Shown here one piece after another: positions 41,403-53,960 of a DNA stretch of 64,000 nucleotides (within the stretch, counting starts at the first letter, position 1; every line of letters starts with the position of its first letter). The stretch comes from Chiloscyllium plagiosum (taxonomy: Eukaryota): assembly GCF_004010195.1 (NCBI RefSeq), contig NC_057718.1, forward strand, positions 12,132,924 through 12,196,923, read 5' to 3'. The notes beneath the pieces are model-generated. The model was not told where the DNA came from. It made no database searches and saw only the letters and a list, made by a program, of their open reading frames with translations. The translations under genes and the position numbers were made by a program.

Positions 41403-41977
41403 AAATGAGGAAAGTGTGCCAAGCGGGCTAAGATAAAAGGTAGGGAGGAGAGAGTTCATCCCTTGTGGTTGGAGGGTTCGTAAGCGGAAGATGAGGCGCT
41501 CTTCATCCAGCCGTCGTGTTGCTATGGTCCGGCGATGGAGGAGTCCAAGGACCTGCATGTCCTTGGTGGAGTGGGAGGGAGAGTTGAAGTGTTGAGCCAC
41601 GGGGTGGTTGGGTTGGTTGGTCCNNNNNNNNNNNNNNNNNNNNNNNNNNNNNNNNNNNNNNNNNNNNNNNNNNNNNNNNNNNNNNNNNNNNNNNNNNNNN
41701 NNNNNNNNNNNNNNNNNNNNNNNNNNNNNNNNNNNNNNNNNNNNNNNNNNNNNNNNNNNNNNNNNNNNNNNNNNNNNNNNNNNNNNNNNNNNNNNNNNNN
41801 NNNNNNNNNNNNNNTTCCTAACCTGCAATCTTCTTCCTGACCTCTCCGCCCCCACCCCCACTCCGGCCTATCACCCTCACCTTAACATCCTTCCACCTAT
41901 CGCATTTCCAACGCCCCTCCCCCAAGTCTCTCCTCCCTACCTTTTATCTTAGCCCGCTTGGCACACTTTCCTCATTT

Positions 41978-42005
41978 CTGAAGAAGGGCTCATGCCCGAA
42001 ACGTC
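41978..42005 (+). ncRNA. Minimal hammerhead ribozyme motif, intact core
   Basis: CTGAAGA-A-GGGC TCAT GCCC-GAAA-C-GTC. Confidence 0.7.
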
Positions 42006-43429
42006 GATTCTCCTGCTCCTTGGATGCTGTCTGACCTGCTGCGCTTTTCCAGCAACACGTTTTCAGCTCTGTAACTACTACAGAGCCTGAAAGAAGGAAT
42101 GAAATCAGGTATCCTGGTATTGGTTAAGGCACTGGAAATGACACCAGTGAACTCAGCCCTGTCGACCTTGCTAAGTCCTCCTCGCTAACATCTGGGGACT
42201 ACCGCCAAAATCGAGAGACCTGTCTCACAAACTAGCCAAACAAAAGCCTGACACAATCATACTCAAGGAATCATATTATAGACAATGTCTCAGACAAAAC
42301 CATTACCATCTCTCATTGTGTATTGTCTCACTCGCAAGATCAAAACAGAGATGGGAGCACAGTGGTATTCAGATGGGAGAGAGTTTTCCGGACAGTCATC
42401 AACATTGACTATGGATTGTGGCCTCCTCCAGAGGGCCCCAACATTGCAGATGAGAGTCTTTAAACAATTTGATTCACACCTTATAACACCATGAAATAGT
42501 CAAAGGTACTGGATACTGCAAAGCCAATGGCCCTGACAACACACCAGCAACTGGTACTGAAGATATGTATTCCAGAACTTGTCTCACCCCTAGCCAAGCT
42601 TTTCAGTACAGTTACGACACTGACAACTACCTGACAATGTGGAAAATTGCCAAAATATGTTGTGCACACAAAATGCAAGACAAATCTAACCCAGCTAATT
42701 ACTGCCCCATCAATCGACTCTCCATCATTAGTAAAGTTATGGAAGGTTTCATAACAGTGCTATCAAGCAGCATCGCTCAGCTTGGATTCCATCAGGGCCA
42801 CTCAGCCCCCAACCTCATTACAGCCTTGGTTCAAATTTAGAGCTGAATTCCAGCGGTGAGGTGAGAGTGACAGCCCTTGACATCAAGGTTGCATTTGACC
42901 AAGCGTGGCATGAAGGAGTCTTAGCAAAACAAGAGTAAGTGGGAATAGGGGGAAAATGCTCCACTGGTAAGAGTCATATCTGGCACAAAGGAAGATAATT
43001 GTGGTTGTTGGAGGTCAGCTCCAGGGCACCTCCATCGGAGTTCCTGGGCCCAACCATCTTCAGCTGTTTCATCAATTACTTTCCCTCCAGCTTGAGATAA
43101 GAGTAGGGATATTTGCTGATGATTCTACAATGTTCAGCACCATTCGCAACTCCTCAGATACTGAAGCAGTCCATGTCCAAATGCAGTAAGATATAAATCG
43201 TATCCAAGTTTGAGCTATCAACTAGCAAGCAATGTTTACATCACATAAGTGCCAAGCAATTGAGCAAGATAAAATCTAACCATCACTCCTTGACATTCAA
43301 TTGCATTACCAGCACAGAATACACCGTCATCAATATCCTGGAGTCATCATTGACCAGAATCTGATCTGAACTAACCACATAAATAATGTAGCTACAAGAG
43401 CAAATGAGAGAAAAGGAACTCATGGTAAT

Positions 43430-43768
43430 ATAGAATCTCTACAGTCTGGAAACAGACCCTTCAGCCCAACAAGTCCATACCCACCCTCCGAAGAGTAACC
43501 TACCCAGACCCATTTCCCCTACCCTATATTTACCCTGACTAATGCACCTAACCTACACATCCCTGAACACTATGGGCAATTTAGCACACTCAATTCACCT
43601 AACCTGCACTTCGTTGGACTGTGAAAGGAAACCAGACACCTGGAGGAAACCCACCCAGACACTGGGAGGATGTGCAAACTCCACAGACAATTGCCTGAGG
43701 CTGGAAACAAACCTGGGTCCTTGGCATTGTGAGGCAGCAGTGCTAACCACTGAGCCACCGTGCCACCC
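43430..43768 (-). mobile_element. V-SINE (HE1-like)
   Basis: Homologous to 38877-39200. Confidence 0.85.
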
Positions 43769-44029
43769 CATTCTGTAGCAATTAACTCACCTCTCGACTC
43801 CCCAAAACCTGTCCACTATCTACAAGGCACAAGTCAGGAGTGTGATGGAATACTCCCCAATTACTTGGATGTTTACAGCTGCAGCAATATCTAAGAAGCT
43901 TGCCAACAAGCTTGATTGGCACCAGACGAACATACATTCACTCCCTCTACCACTACTGCTCAGTAGCAACAGCGTGCACTGTCAACATTCACCTTCCACA
44001 TTCCTGCCCACTACCATCTAGAATGGAAC

Positions 44030-45035
44030 AGTAATTTATTATCACATGCATTTCTACAAAATAAAAGGAAACGTTTATGAGTCACCATACCATGGTGCCT
44101 GTATTAAAGACAGAAATCATAGATAAGAACAAAAAAGTAAATATTAAGACAGAGTTCATCTCAGATCAATTTCAGTTCTGGAAAAGTCAATTAAGATGAC
44201 GAACACTGGAATACCCAGAAGCCGCCATTGAAGAAGACCTCCACGCCGGGACAAGACCATTAAACCTGGAGACTGCCATGCCAAACCGATACTGCCCCTC
44301 CGAGACAAGGCCTTCACAATGGGAGACCACCGATCCAGGCTGGAGTACAAGGCCTCAACACTGGGACAGAACCTACACACCAGGACAAGACCTCTACACC
44401 AGGCTACTGGAATACCTGGAAACTGATGCTGAAGAAGACTTCCACACTGATAAGACCTTCACACCGGGAGAATCCTAGAGACCGCCACACCAAGCCGAGA
44501 CAGCCCATCCGGATGAGCTGTCACATTGGAAGACTGCCGTGCCAGGCCAAGACTACCGCATTAGGCCAAGACCTCAATGCCAGGCTAAGAACACCATGCC
44601 AAGCAAAGACCACTTCACCAGGCCAAGACTGCTGCACCAACCAAGTCTGCTGCACCAGGCCATGATCTCCATGCCAGGTCAAAACTACCATGCCAGGCCA
44701 AGACCACTGTACCAAGCCAAGGCCATCATGCCAGGCCAAGACTGCCATGGCCAGCCAAGACTGCTGCACCAGGTCAAGCCTACCATGCCAAGCCAACTCC
44801 ACCATGTCAGGAAAAATCCACCACGCCTGGCCAATACTGCTACGCTGGACTGGAAACCTCTTCACTGGTCGTAGGCTGGGAGAAAACATTTTCCACTGAA
44901 TGAGTTAAAAAAAAGATTAAATGGAAACGTTAAGAAAAAGCAGAGACAGAAGAACAAAGTAAAAAGCAGCCGGAGTAGATGAGCTCCTGAGCTCAGAAGT
45001 CTTCCAGCTGGGCTGCTACATCGCCACCAGCTTCC
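44030..45035 (-). mobile_element. Non-autonomous element with a Rex/Babar-like tail and an internal degenerate tandem repeat (ccaggccaagac, ~44200-44830)
   Basis: Minus-strand end catgtgataataaat resembles the tail at ~11420; it splits the host LINE 3' region. Confidence 0.5.
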
Positions 45036-45427
45036 TTCTTAGATGGACAAGGGCAGCACATACTTAAGAACAACATCATCTTCAAAATCCCTATGAGCCA
45101 CTCACCATCCTGACTTGGAAATATATTGTCATTCCTTCAGTATCACTCAATCAAAGTCATGGAACTCCCTTCCTAATGGCATGCTGGGTCTACTTACACT
45201 GAATGGGTTTCAGGAGTTCAAGAATGCAGCTCACCACCACCTTCGCAAGTGCAACCAGGAATGGGTAATAAATGATGGTCCAGCAGGCAAAGTCCAATTT
45301 CCATGAACGATAAAGAGATAGTAGTTTTGTGTTGACAACCACACCTTCACTTGTCAAGCTTTGAATGTCAAGCCTTTCGATTCATAGCCTCAGAAAACAT
45401 TCTCTTTGTTCTCCATTCATGTAATAC

Positions 45428-45534
45428 CTGAATATTGAATGCAGCATATAGGTGTCGGTTGGTTTGAAACAGCAACTCTTGTATGAAGTCTGCTTGGTGC
45501 CAGACTGTTCAGTGGGTATTCTTTGCTAACTCCC
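45428..45534 (-). CDS. WDR27: WDR27 exon: GVSKEYPLNSLAPSRLHTRVAVSNQPTPICCIQYS(G)
   Basis: ctccatag acceptor and gtatta donor; 107 nt, phase 2 to 1; CCIQYSG motif. Confidence 0.93.
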
Positions 45535-45753
45535 CTATGGAGAATCAAAGCATTACGATTTAGCAACAAGGATTCAATTAGAAATACAGGAACAGTTTAG
45601 AAGGTTAAACATGCTCTAGACCTTATTGGTAATCAACACCATTTCTTCCCTTAATTATTGGAAAAGTGTGGGGTGAAATTAGGCAAGGCTAAGACACAAA
45701 ACATCTAGCAGCGGACTTGTACAGGACTGAATATTGAATATGATAGAATATCC

Positions 45754-46817
45754 TTGGTTAGAGACAAAAAAACTACAGATGCTGGGATCCAAAGTAAACA
45801 GGCAGGAGGCTGGAAGAACACAGCAAGCCAGGCAGCATCAGAAGGTGGAGAAGTCGATATTTTGGGTGTAACCCTTCTTCAAGATTGGGGGTAGGTGTAA
45901 GGGGAGTTGCAGATCATTGGGGTGACAAGTGCAGGGTGGTGAAGTGAGAATAGGTGAAGATAGCTAGAAGGTACAACCTGGTTGGTCAATGGGAGGAATG
46001 AATTCAGTAGGTGACTGGGAGGAGTGGGAGGGGGAGGGACTGGGAAGGGAGTCGGGAGATGGGAAGAGAGGTATTTGAAATTGGAGAACTCAATGTTGTG
46101 TCCTCCAGGCTGTAGGCTGCTCAGGCGGAAGATGAGGTGCTGTTCCTCCAATTTGCGGTTTGGTTCATTGTGACAATGGAGGAGGCCAAGGATGATCATG
46201 TTGGAAAGGGAGTGGGAAGGGGAAGTAAAATGGGCGGTGACTGGGAAGTCCGGTCGACCTCTGAGGGCCTGACTGAGATGCTCGATGAACCATTAAGTTT
46301 ACGGAAAGTTAGGGAACAGTTCGCCGAGCATCTCAGCCAGGCCCACAGGGGCCAACCGAATCTCCAAGTTACCGCCCATTTCAATTCCCCTTCCCACTCC
46401 CTTTCTGACATGACCATCCTTGGCCTCCTCCATTGCCACAAGCCAAACCGCAAATTGGAGGAAGAACACCTCATCTTCCATCTGGGCAGCCTACAGCCCG
46501 GAGGATCCAATATTGAGTTCTCCAATTTCAATTTAACTCCTTTCCTTTCCCCTGACTCCCTTCACAGTCCCTCCCCAACCCTTACACTCCTCCCAGTCAC
46601 CTACTGGATTCATTTCTCTGATTGACCAACCAGGTCGTACCCTTTGCCTGTCTTCATCTATCCCCACTGCACCACCCTGTCCCCTCCACTCCCTTTATCT
46701 GCAGCTCCCCCTCCACCCAACCAGAATCCTGAAGCAGGATTACACCTGAAACGCCGACTTCTCCACCTCCAGATGCTGCCTAGCTTGCTGTGTTCTTCCA
46801 GCATCCTGCCTATCTAC
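45754..46817. mobile_element. Older PLE with inverted arms
   Basis: Both arms encode ILGLLHCH...RKLEE(Q/E)HLIF in opposite orientations; imperfect TSD (45739-45753 and 46818-46832); decayed hammerheads near 45855-45882 and 46729-46756. Confidence 0.82.
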
Positions 46818-47253
46818 TATGGTAGAATATTCGGCAAAATTAATTCCACTTGCTTTGCATTAATGCTGAACTGCACCCCAATTTATTGTATTCAAAATAG
46901 CATTCATTGTCACTGCACATTTGAATGGAAACATTGCTGATGATATGTCAGCAGAATTTCTGAAATTGTGAAAATACCAGTTACTAATGATCAGTAAGAA
47001 ATAAGGGGCTTCATTCATTAATATTTACTATTAGGAACAGAATCTTGTCAGCTTACATAAATGTAAATACACCACATAAATATATGCATATCATGCTTAA
47101 TTTGCATGTACTTGCATGCTCTTCCCAGAATATTGGGAGGGACGATGACAAATAAGCAGGAACAGACCATTTTTCACAATTGCACAACAGCCACAATAAT
47201 TCAAAATTAGATTTTAGAAATTAAGAAGACTTCCTTGCGGATAGTTTTCTTAC

Positions 47254-47331
47254 GTCAAACTGTTAGTTTTCTCCTTCATCACTGAGCTGACAGATTTTGG
47301 GGGATTTACTTTAGGTGTGTACATGTTCAAT
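47254..47331 (-). CDS. WDR27: WDR27 exon: LNMYTPKVNPPKSVSSVMKEKTNSL(T)
   Basis: ttgttgcag acceptor and gtaaga donor; 78 nt, phase 2 to 2. MYTPK resembles recalled MFSPK. Confidence 0.87.
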
Positions 47332-47446
47332 CTGCAACAAAATCATTAGTATTGTGTATTATTATCAAATAATAATTATTAGAATGAATGAACACATAAA
47401 AAGTAAAAATACTGGACTTTTGAACCCATTATTCTGCAACTTAATC

Positions 47447-47790
47447 AAAGAATGCCTACAATGCAGAAAGAGGCTATTCGACCCATTGAGTCTGCACCAG
47501 CCCTCTAAAGAATATTCCTCACAGACCCACCCATCCACCCCCAATATATGTAACATATGGTTATTCCATCTACCCTGCACATCCCTGGACATTACAGGGC
47601 AATTTAGCATGGCTAATCCACCTAACCTACACACCTTTGGACTGCGTGAGGAAACTGAAGCACCCAGCAGAAACCCACAGAAACATGGGAGAACATGGAA
47701 ACTTCACATAAGCAGTCACCTGAGGCTAGAATGGAAATCAGGTCCCTGACACTGTGAGGCAACACTGCTAACTATTGAGACACTGTGATA
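47447..47790 (-). mobile_element. V-SINE (HE1-like), diverged
   Basis: gggcaatttagcatggc core and a tRNA-like head. Confidence 0.75.
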
Positions 47791-49004
47791 CCTGATGAGG
47801 ATGAATTGCACCCTTTGGACAGATTTTCACCTGGCAAAAGTCGAAGCCTGTAAACCGTAGTGGTAACTCATATTAAATGTGTTTGCTCAACTATTTGGAG
47901 CTGAAATCTCATAGCTCGGCTTATGTATACCTACTTAAGACAGGAATGGAAGAGAAGACTAAAAAGAGATGGTGACGTGGATTAATCGGTTCAGATCTTG
48001 CCTAATAGTTTGTGGGAAGCTCTTTTGGAGGTTGAGCCTCTGTCTAGCAAACACAGACTTGATGCAGAAGAAGAAAAGCCAGCAAGGGAATATACAACTT
48101 CAAGTGTTCCCACAATATTCCCCTCACATGGGCCTTTTGGGGTTTAATCAGCCAGTATGCTTAGAAGCAATAAGCATGTGGCCTCAGCGATAGCAGAAAT
48201 GGGTTTCTCATTCATGTCCAAGCCTCATTTGGGTATGAAGAGTAGATCAGTGAAATATCTGTATATGTGCGAGCCATGACACATAATAAATATCTCAGAT
48301 GCTTGAAGCAATACTGTAAATGTCTAAACAGTCAGCTGGACTTTCTTTCTTCAACTAAGTTAAGAGGAACCTCAGCTAGATTTTTGTTGCAATCACACAC
48401 AATAATTTCATGGATGACAATCATGGTAGTCACAAGTAAACGGACATCTTGGAAGGAGATGTGCATAGGCGTGATGAGAGCTGATCAAAGAATCATTGTC
48501 ATTACAACACCAAATTCCAACAATATCTTTGGGAGACAGTTCACTGGATACCCACTCCATTCCCTCTTCCCCCAGCTGTTGTCACTTCCAGGATCTTCCA
48601 CTAAATGGGGATTTTAATAATGTATCTAGTCAAATGTATTGTTATGCACCATTGCAGCCAAACGCACAACAATAATGGGGTCCAGCTTGCTGAAATGGGA
48701 GAAGGCACTATTTTAATGTTAAACACCAGCCAAAGCTTAAAAATCAATTACATATACAATAATGGTTTTAAAATAAAATGATAAAACCTTCGGTTAACAT
48801 TCCGCACTTTGATAGGTGAGGCAGCATAGCTATAACCATTCTCCAGCTGGTCTTAAGTGGAATCCTCCATGTGCAAACCAGGCTCAGGGTTATGGTACAC
48901 TACCAGAACAGAGTGAGCTTCAGAATAACCAAAGTGTACCTGCAATCTGCAATAGTGAAAAATCTCAGCTAAGATGCTACATTAATATTAGAAGTGACTT
49001 TTAC

Positions 49005-49080
49005 CTTGGCGCTGCGGTGTAGCCAGAAGACTTCACTTTGGTATGAAACACAACTGGCTTGTCTTTTATACTGCTGGCAG
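49005..49080 (-). CDS. WDR27: WDR27 exon: (A)ASSIKDKPVVFHTKVKSSGYTAAP(R)
   Basis: ctag acceptor with a weak pyrimidine tract, gtaaaa donor; 76 nt, phase 1 to 2. Matches recalled LVFHSKVRSSGY. Confidence 0.9.
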
Positions 49081-49359
49081 CTAGTTTCAGGATTTCAAGA
49101 TGGAAACAATATATTATATTTTGCAAGAGTATTAAGCAACAGTTGTCTTTCGTATTAATAATATTGAAGAAACACCATCATTCACAATAAGCATAAATGA
49201 ATAAAAAAAACTGCTATATCAGTGTTATCAGCACTTATCCAGTTAGTCAGCTAAGTAAAACAATAAATGGTAACAAAATAAAGACAATGGTAAGTTAAAT
49301 AAATAAAATTCTGATAAAGTGTCTGGTGGAGTCCACTCTTTAAGAACTTTTTTTTTGTT

Positions 49360-49467
49360 AAATCAACCTGTTCAGGGATGTTCTTACACACCTCTGCAGC
49401 AAGTGTGATTGAACTTCGGCCTCTTGATCCAGAGGTAGGGACACTACTATCGTACTACAGGAGCCCT
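49360..49467 (-). mobile_element. Short tRNA-like SINE head
   Basis: Minus strand gggctcctgtagtacgatagtagtgtccc...gaagttcaatc (A/B-box-like). Confidence 0.45.
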
Positions 49468-49471
49468 TATA

Positions 49472-49499
49472 AACACTTCACAAATTTGCGTGCCATCCT
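49472..49499 (-). pseudogene. U6 snRNA 3' fragment
   Basis: AGGATGGCACGCAAATTTGTGAAGTGTT versus recalled U6 AGGATGACACGCAAATTCGTGAAGCGTT (25/28). Confidence 0.65.
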
Positions 49500-49779
49500 C
49501 TTTAGGATTTAATTTGAGCAGATTTTACAGCTTCAAGACAGTACTGTTACGGTATTGTGTTATTCTACAGATATCATTACATTGTAATACAGTAATGCAT
49601 TAATATCGTGGGACCACATTTGCATTATGGAGTTAAGCTACAGTATTATTATAATTTCATTATAGTATCAAGCTACAGTATTATAATACCATAAAAATGT
49701 TAAAATTCAGCACTGTGTTAGTATAGTTAATTAATGTTTTAAAACTCATGTTTTGGTGAATTAATATATAAGTTTTATA

Positions 49780-50408
49780 TCTTATGGACTAGGCCACAGC
49801 ACTCAAAACATTCTTGAGCACACAACCCAGACCATAACTTTGCAATTTGTTTCAGTATGTGTACAGTGAAAATTACCCGGAGTAAGTTAACTAGTTTCAC
49901 TACTAGGTTTTAAACCAGACAGAAATTTATTCACAAAATTACACAATGAAACACAAAGAACAGAATAAAGAATCCCTGCAGAACTCAGCCTATCCAAACT
50001 AGACTTAATTATGTTGTTCCAAATATACACAACAGTCCCAACAAGCAAACCCCCTTTAAAAACAGTTTAAAAATGGAACAATGCTTACAGGTTGAAGTTA
50101 GAAGGGCAGAAAGAGAGAAGCCTGTTCTCGCAGTCCACTGCTGAACTCCTAACTAGTTCTGGACTCAACTGCTCAGCTAGAGAGCTGACCAAGCCCTTTC
50201 ATTATACAGATCACTTCTAAAACATGACCAATTTGACCTGAAGTTTCATCTGTTTACAAATACGCCTTTCAAAATCCTTTTCATCTCTGTACCAGACTCG
50301 TCTAATCGGAGCCCAGCCCATTTAAGATCCCTCTGAAAGAAAATCAAGAACATATAATCCTTGAGAAAAGGAACAGCTTTTAGAAAAAAGGGGACCAGCT
50401 TTGTGACA
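49780..50408 (-). mobile_element. Solo LTR, family B
   Basis: Minus strand TGTCAC...ATAAGA (one change from ATAACA); 4-bp TSD TATA (49776-49779 and 50409-50412); AATAAA near 49930. Confidence 0.65.
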
Positions 50409-51479
50409 TATAGCTTAGGATTTCTGTGATCTTACTGAAGCATACTAGACCCAGGGGTTTTTGATAATGTGGATACTGAAACAATGTTTAAGCTGTGGGG
50501 AAGACTAGAACTAAGGGACACAATCTAAGAATAAGATGTCTCACTTTGAAGATGGTGATAAAAATGTTTTGGTTCTTTTCTCCAGAAAGCAATATCATTA
50601 AATTTATTCAAGGCTGACTTAGACAGATTTTTCATACGCATGAAACTATTGGACCATGACATGCAACCAGGGATAAAATGAAGTTGAGACCACATCACAT
50701 CAATCATCATATTATTGAGTGGTCCAATCCTGCTTTTAAGTTATATATTGCTATAATCCTGGTATAATGGCACTAGACTAGACGATGCATTTTATGTACG
50801 ATATGAAATTACATAATTATTATTATGGTACTGTAATATTTTATTTTCAAATATACCACAGATTTTTATCAATTAGATACATGACACACATTCAAGCAAA
50901 GCAACTTAGAAATGTACCAGATACAGTCTTTGTTTCCATGTCTTCTCCCTACTCGCCGGATTAAGTCAATTCTGAGAGCACAGGCACATTTGACAACATC
51001 AAGATAACTGTGTTGGTGATTCATGTTTCCTTTGGAACTGGCAAGTGCACACAGGGATTCTTAACCAACTGAAAATTTGCAGTCTACCAATCCTAGGCAC
51101 TGGTAAGTATTACTTATCTAACTAGTGCCACCTGTCCACCATAATCTTGCTCTGCAGAGATATCAGGAATTCACTTGCAGAACTAGAAAGTGCAATCCAT
51201 GGATTTTCTGTGCTCTGTCATTCAATTATACAATTGCGAAGAAACAAATACCACAATTTCCCTCTAAACAAACTGTGTTTCTACTGGCGACAGTGGCTGA
51301 ACTGTTTACAGGGACATGCTAAGTGACAAGGTAACATCAACTGAAATTGAATTTTACACACCATTCTTTCTCTTTCACAATGCGAATATATAAAAATGAG
51401 AAGTATCCTGATAATATTCCCTTATGATTTGGGGAATTAAATTTCCATGATATGAACTTCAGGAATCAATCATCTCACA

Positions 51480-53960
51480 GAATTCATAGCTCATATGGAA
51501 ACAACATGGAAACAGACCCTTCGGTTCAACATATCCATGCCAACCAGATATCCTAAATTAATCTAGTCCCATTTCCCTGCATTTGGTCCATATCGCTCTA
51601 AACCCTTCCTATTCATATACCCATCCAGATGCCTTTTCAAATGCTGTAACTGTACCAACCTCCACAACTTCTTCTGACAGCTCATTCCATACACACACAA
51701 CATTCTGTGTGAAAATGTTGCCCCTTAGATCCCTTTTGTATCTTTCCCCTCTTACATTAAACCTATGCCCTCTAGTTTTGGACTCCCCTACCTTGGACAA
51801 AAGACCATGGCTGTTCACCCTATCCATGCCCCTCATGATTTTATAAACCTCTAAGGTCACCCCTCAGCCATCAAAGCTCCAGGGAAAATAGCCCCAGCCT
51901 ATTTAGTCTCTCTCTCTATAGCTCAAGCCATCCAACCCCAGCAATGTTCTTATAGAGTCAAAGAGATGTACAGCATGGAAACAGACCCTTCGGTCCAACC
52001 CATCCATGCCGACCAGATATCCCAACCCAATCTAGTCCCACCTGCCAGCACCCGGCCCATATCCCTCCAAACCCTTCCTATTCATATACCCATCCAAATG
52101 CCTCTTAAATGTTNNNNNNNNNNNNNNNNNNNNNNNNNNNNNNNNNNNNNNNNNNNNNNNNNNNNNNNNNNNNNNNNNNNNNNNNNNNNNNNNNNNNNNN
52201 NNNNNNNNNNNNNNNNNNNNNNNNNNNNNNNNNNNNNNNNNNNNNNNNNNNNNNNNNNNNNNNNNNNNNNNNNNNNNNNNNNNNNNNNNNNNNNNNNNNN
52301 NNNNNNNNNNNNNNNNNNNNNNNNNNNNNNNNNNNNNNNNNNNNNNNNNNNNNNNNNNNNNNNNNNNNNNNNNNNNNNNNNNNNNNNNNNNNNNNNNNNN
52401 NNNNNNNNNNNNNNNNNNNNNNNNNNNNNNNNNNNNNNNNNNNNNNNNNNNNNNNNNNNNNNNNNNNNNNNNNNNNNNNNNNNNNNNNNNNNNNNNNNNN
52501 NNNNNNNNNNNNNNNNNNNNNNNNNNNNNNNNNNNNNNNNNNNNNNNNNNNNNNNNNNNNNNNNNNNNNNNNNNNNNNNNNNNNNNNNNNNNNNNNNNNN
52601 NNNNNNNNNNNNNNNNNNNNNNNNNNNNNNNNNNNNNNNNNNNNNNNNNNNNNNNNNNNNNNNNNNNNNNNNNNNNNNNNNNNNNNNNNNNNNNNNNNNN
52701 NNNNNNNNNNNNNNNNNNNNNNNNNNNNNNNNNNNNNNNNNNNNNNNNNNNNNNNNNNNNNNNNNNNNNNNNNNNNNNNNNNNNNNNNNNNNNNNNNNNN
52801 NNNNNNNNNNNNNNNNNNNNNNNNNNNNNNNNNNNNNNNNNNNNNNNNNNNNNNNNNNNNNNNNNNNNNNNNNNNNNNNNNNNNNNNNNNNNNNNNNNNN
52901 NNNNNNNNNNNNNNNNNNNNNNNNNNNNNNNNNNNNNNNNNNNNNNNNNNNNNNNNNNNNNNNNNNNNNNNNNNNNNNNNNNNNNNNNNNNNNNNNNNNN
53001 NNNNNNNNNNNNNNNNNTATCTGAATTAAACTCCATCTGCCACTTCTCAGCCCATTGGCCCATCTGGTCAAGATCCTGTTGTAATCTGAGGTAACCCTCT
53101 TCGCTGTCCACTACACCTCCAATTTTGGTGTCAGCTGCAAACTTACTAACTGTACCTCCTACGCCCGCATCCAAATCATTTATGTAAATGACAAAACGTA
53201 GAGGACCCAGCACCGATCCTTGTGGCACTCCACTGGTCACAGGCCTCCAGTCTGAAAATTAATCCTCCACCACCACCCTCTGTTGTCTACCTTTGAGTCA
53301 GTTCTGTATCCAAATGGCTAGTTCTCCCTGCATTCCATGAGATGTAACCTTGCTAATCAGCTTTTCATGGGGAATCTTGTCGAACGCCTTACTGAAGTCC
53401 ACATAGATCACATATATCGCTCTGCCCTCATCAATCCTCTTTGTTACTTCTTCAAAAAACTCAATCAAGTTTGTGAGACATGATTTCCCACACACAAAGC
53501 AATGTTGACTATCCCTAATTAGTCATTGTCTTTCCAAATAAATGTACATCCTGTCCCTCAGGATGCCCTCCAGCAACTTGCCCACCACCGACGTCCGGCT
53601 CACTAGTCTATAGTTCCATGGCTTGTCCTTACCAACCTTCTTAAACAGTGACACCACCTTAGCCAACCTCCAGTCTTCCGGCACCTCACCTGTGACTATC
53701 GATGATACAAATATCTCAGCAAGAGGCCCAAGAATCACTTCTCTAGCTTCCCACAGAGTTCTTGGGTACACCTGATCAGGTCTTGGGGATTTATCCACCT
53801 TTACCCATTTCAAGATATCCAGCACTTCCTCCTCTGTAATATGAATATTTTACAAGATGTCACCATCTATTTCCCTACAGTCTATATCTTCCATATCCCT
53901 TTCCACAGTACTTACTGATGCAAAATACTCATTTAGTATCTCCCCCAATTTCTGCGGCTC
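51480..53960 (-). mobile_element. Two adjacent or nested CR1 LINEs (junction ~51950), with an N-gap at 52114-53017
   Basis: GVPQGSVLGP, KFAADTK, SCLTNL, DFSKAFD and KSPRPD motifs; two 3' tails. Confidence 0.9.

Larger units (their letters stand above)
41279..42070. mobile_element. Young PLE with inverted arms (N-gap at 41624-41814)
   Basis: 15-bp TSD gtaactactacagag (41264-41278 and 42071-42085); C-terminal peptide PVAQHFNSPSH...EERLIFRL on the minus strand; arms nearly identical. Confidence 0.88.
40940..45310 (+). mobile_element. Degenerate non-LTR retrotransposon with a tRNA-like 5' head, hosting several nested insertions
   Basis: A-box-like gacatagtggt and B-box-like ggttcaaattc; RT motifs KSNPANYCPI, QLGFHQGHS, LDIKVAFDQAWH and FADDST. 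Confidence 0.72.

Noticed and set aside
51966..53240. 300-400 aa ORFs here, and similar ones at 41346-41952
   Set aside because: Artefacts of reading through N-gaps.
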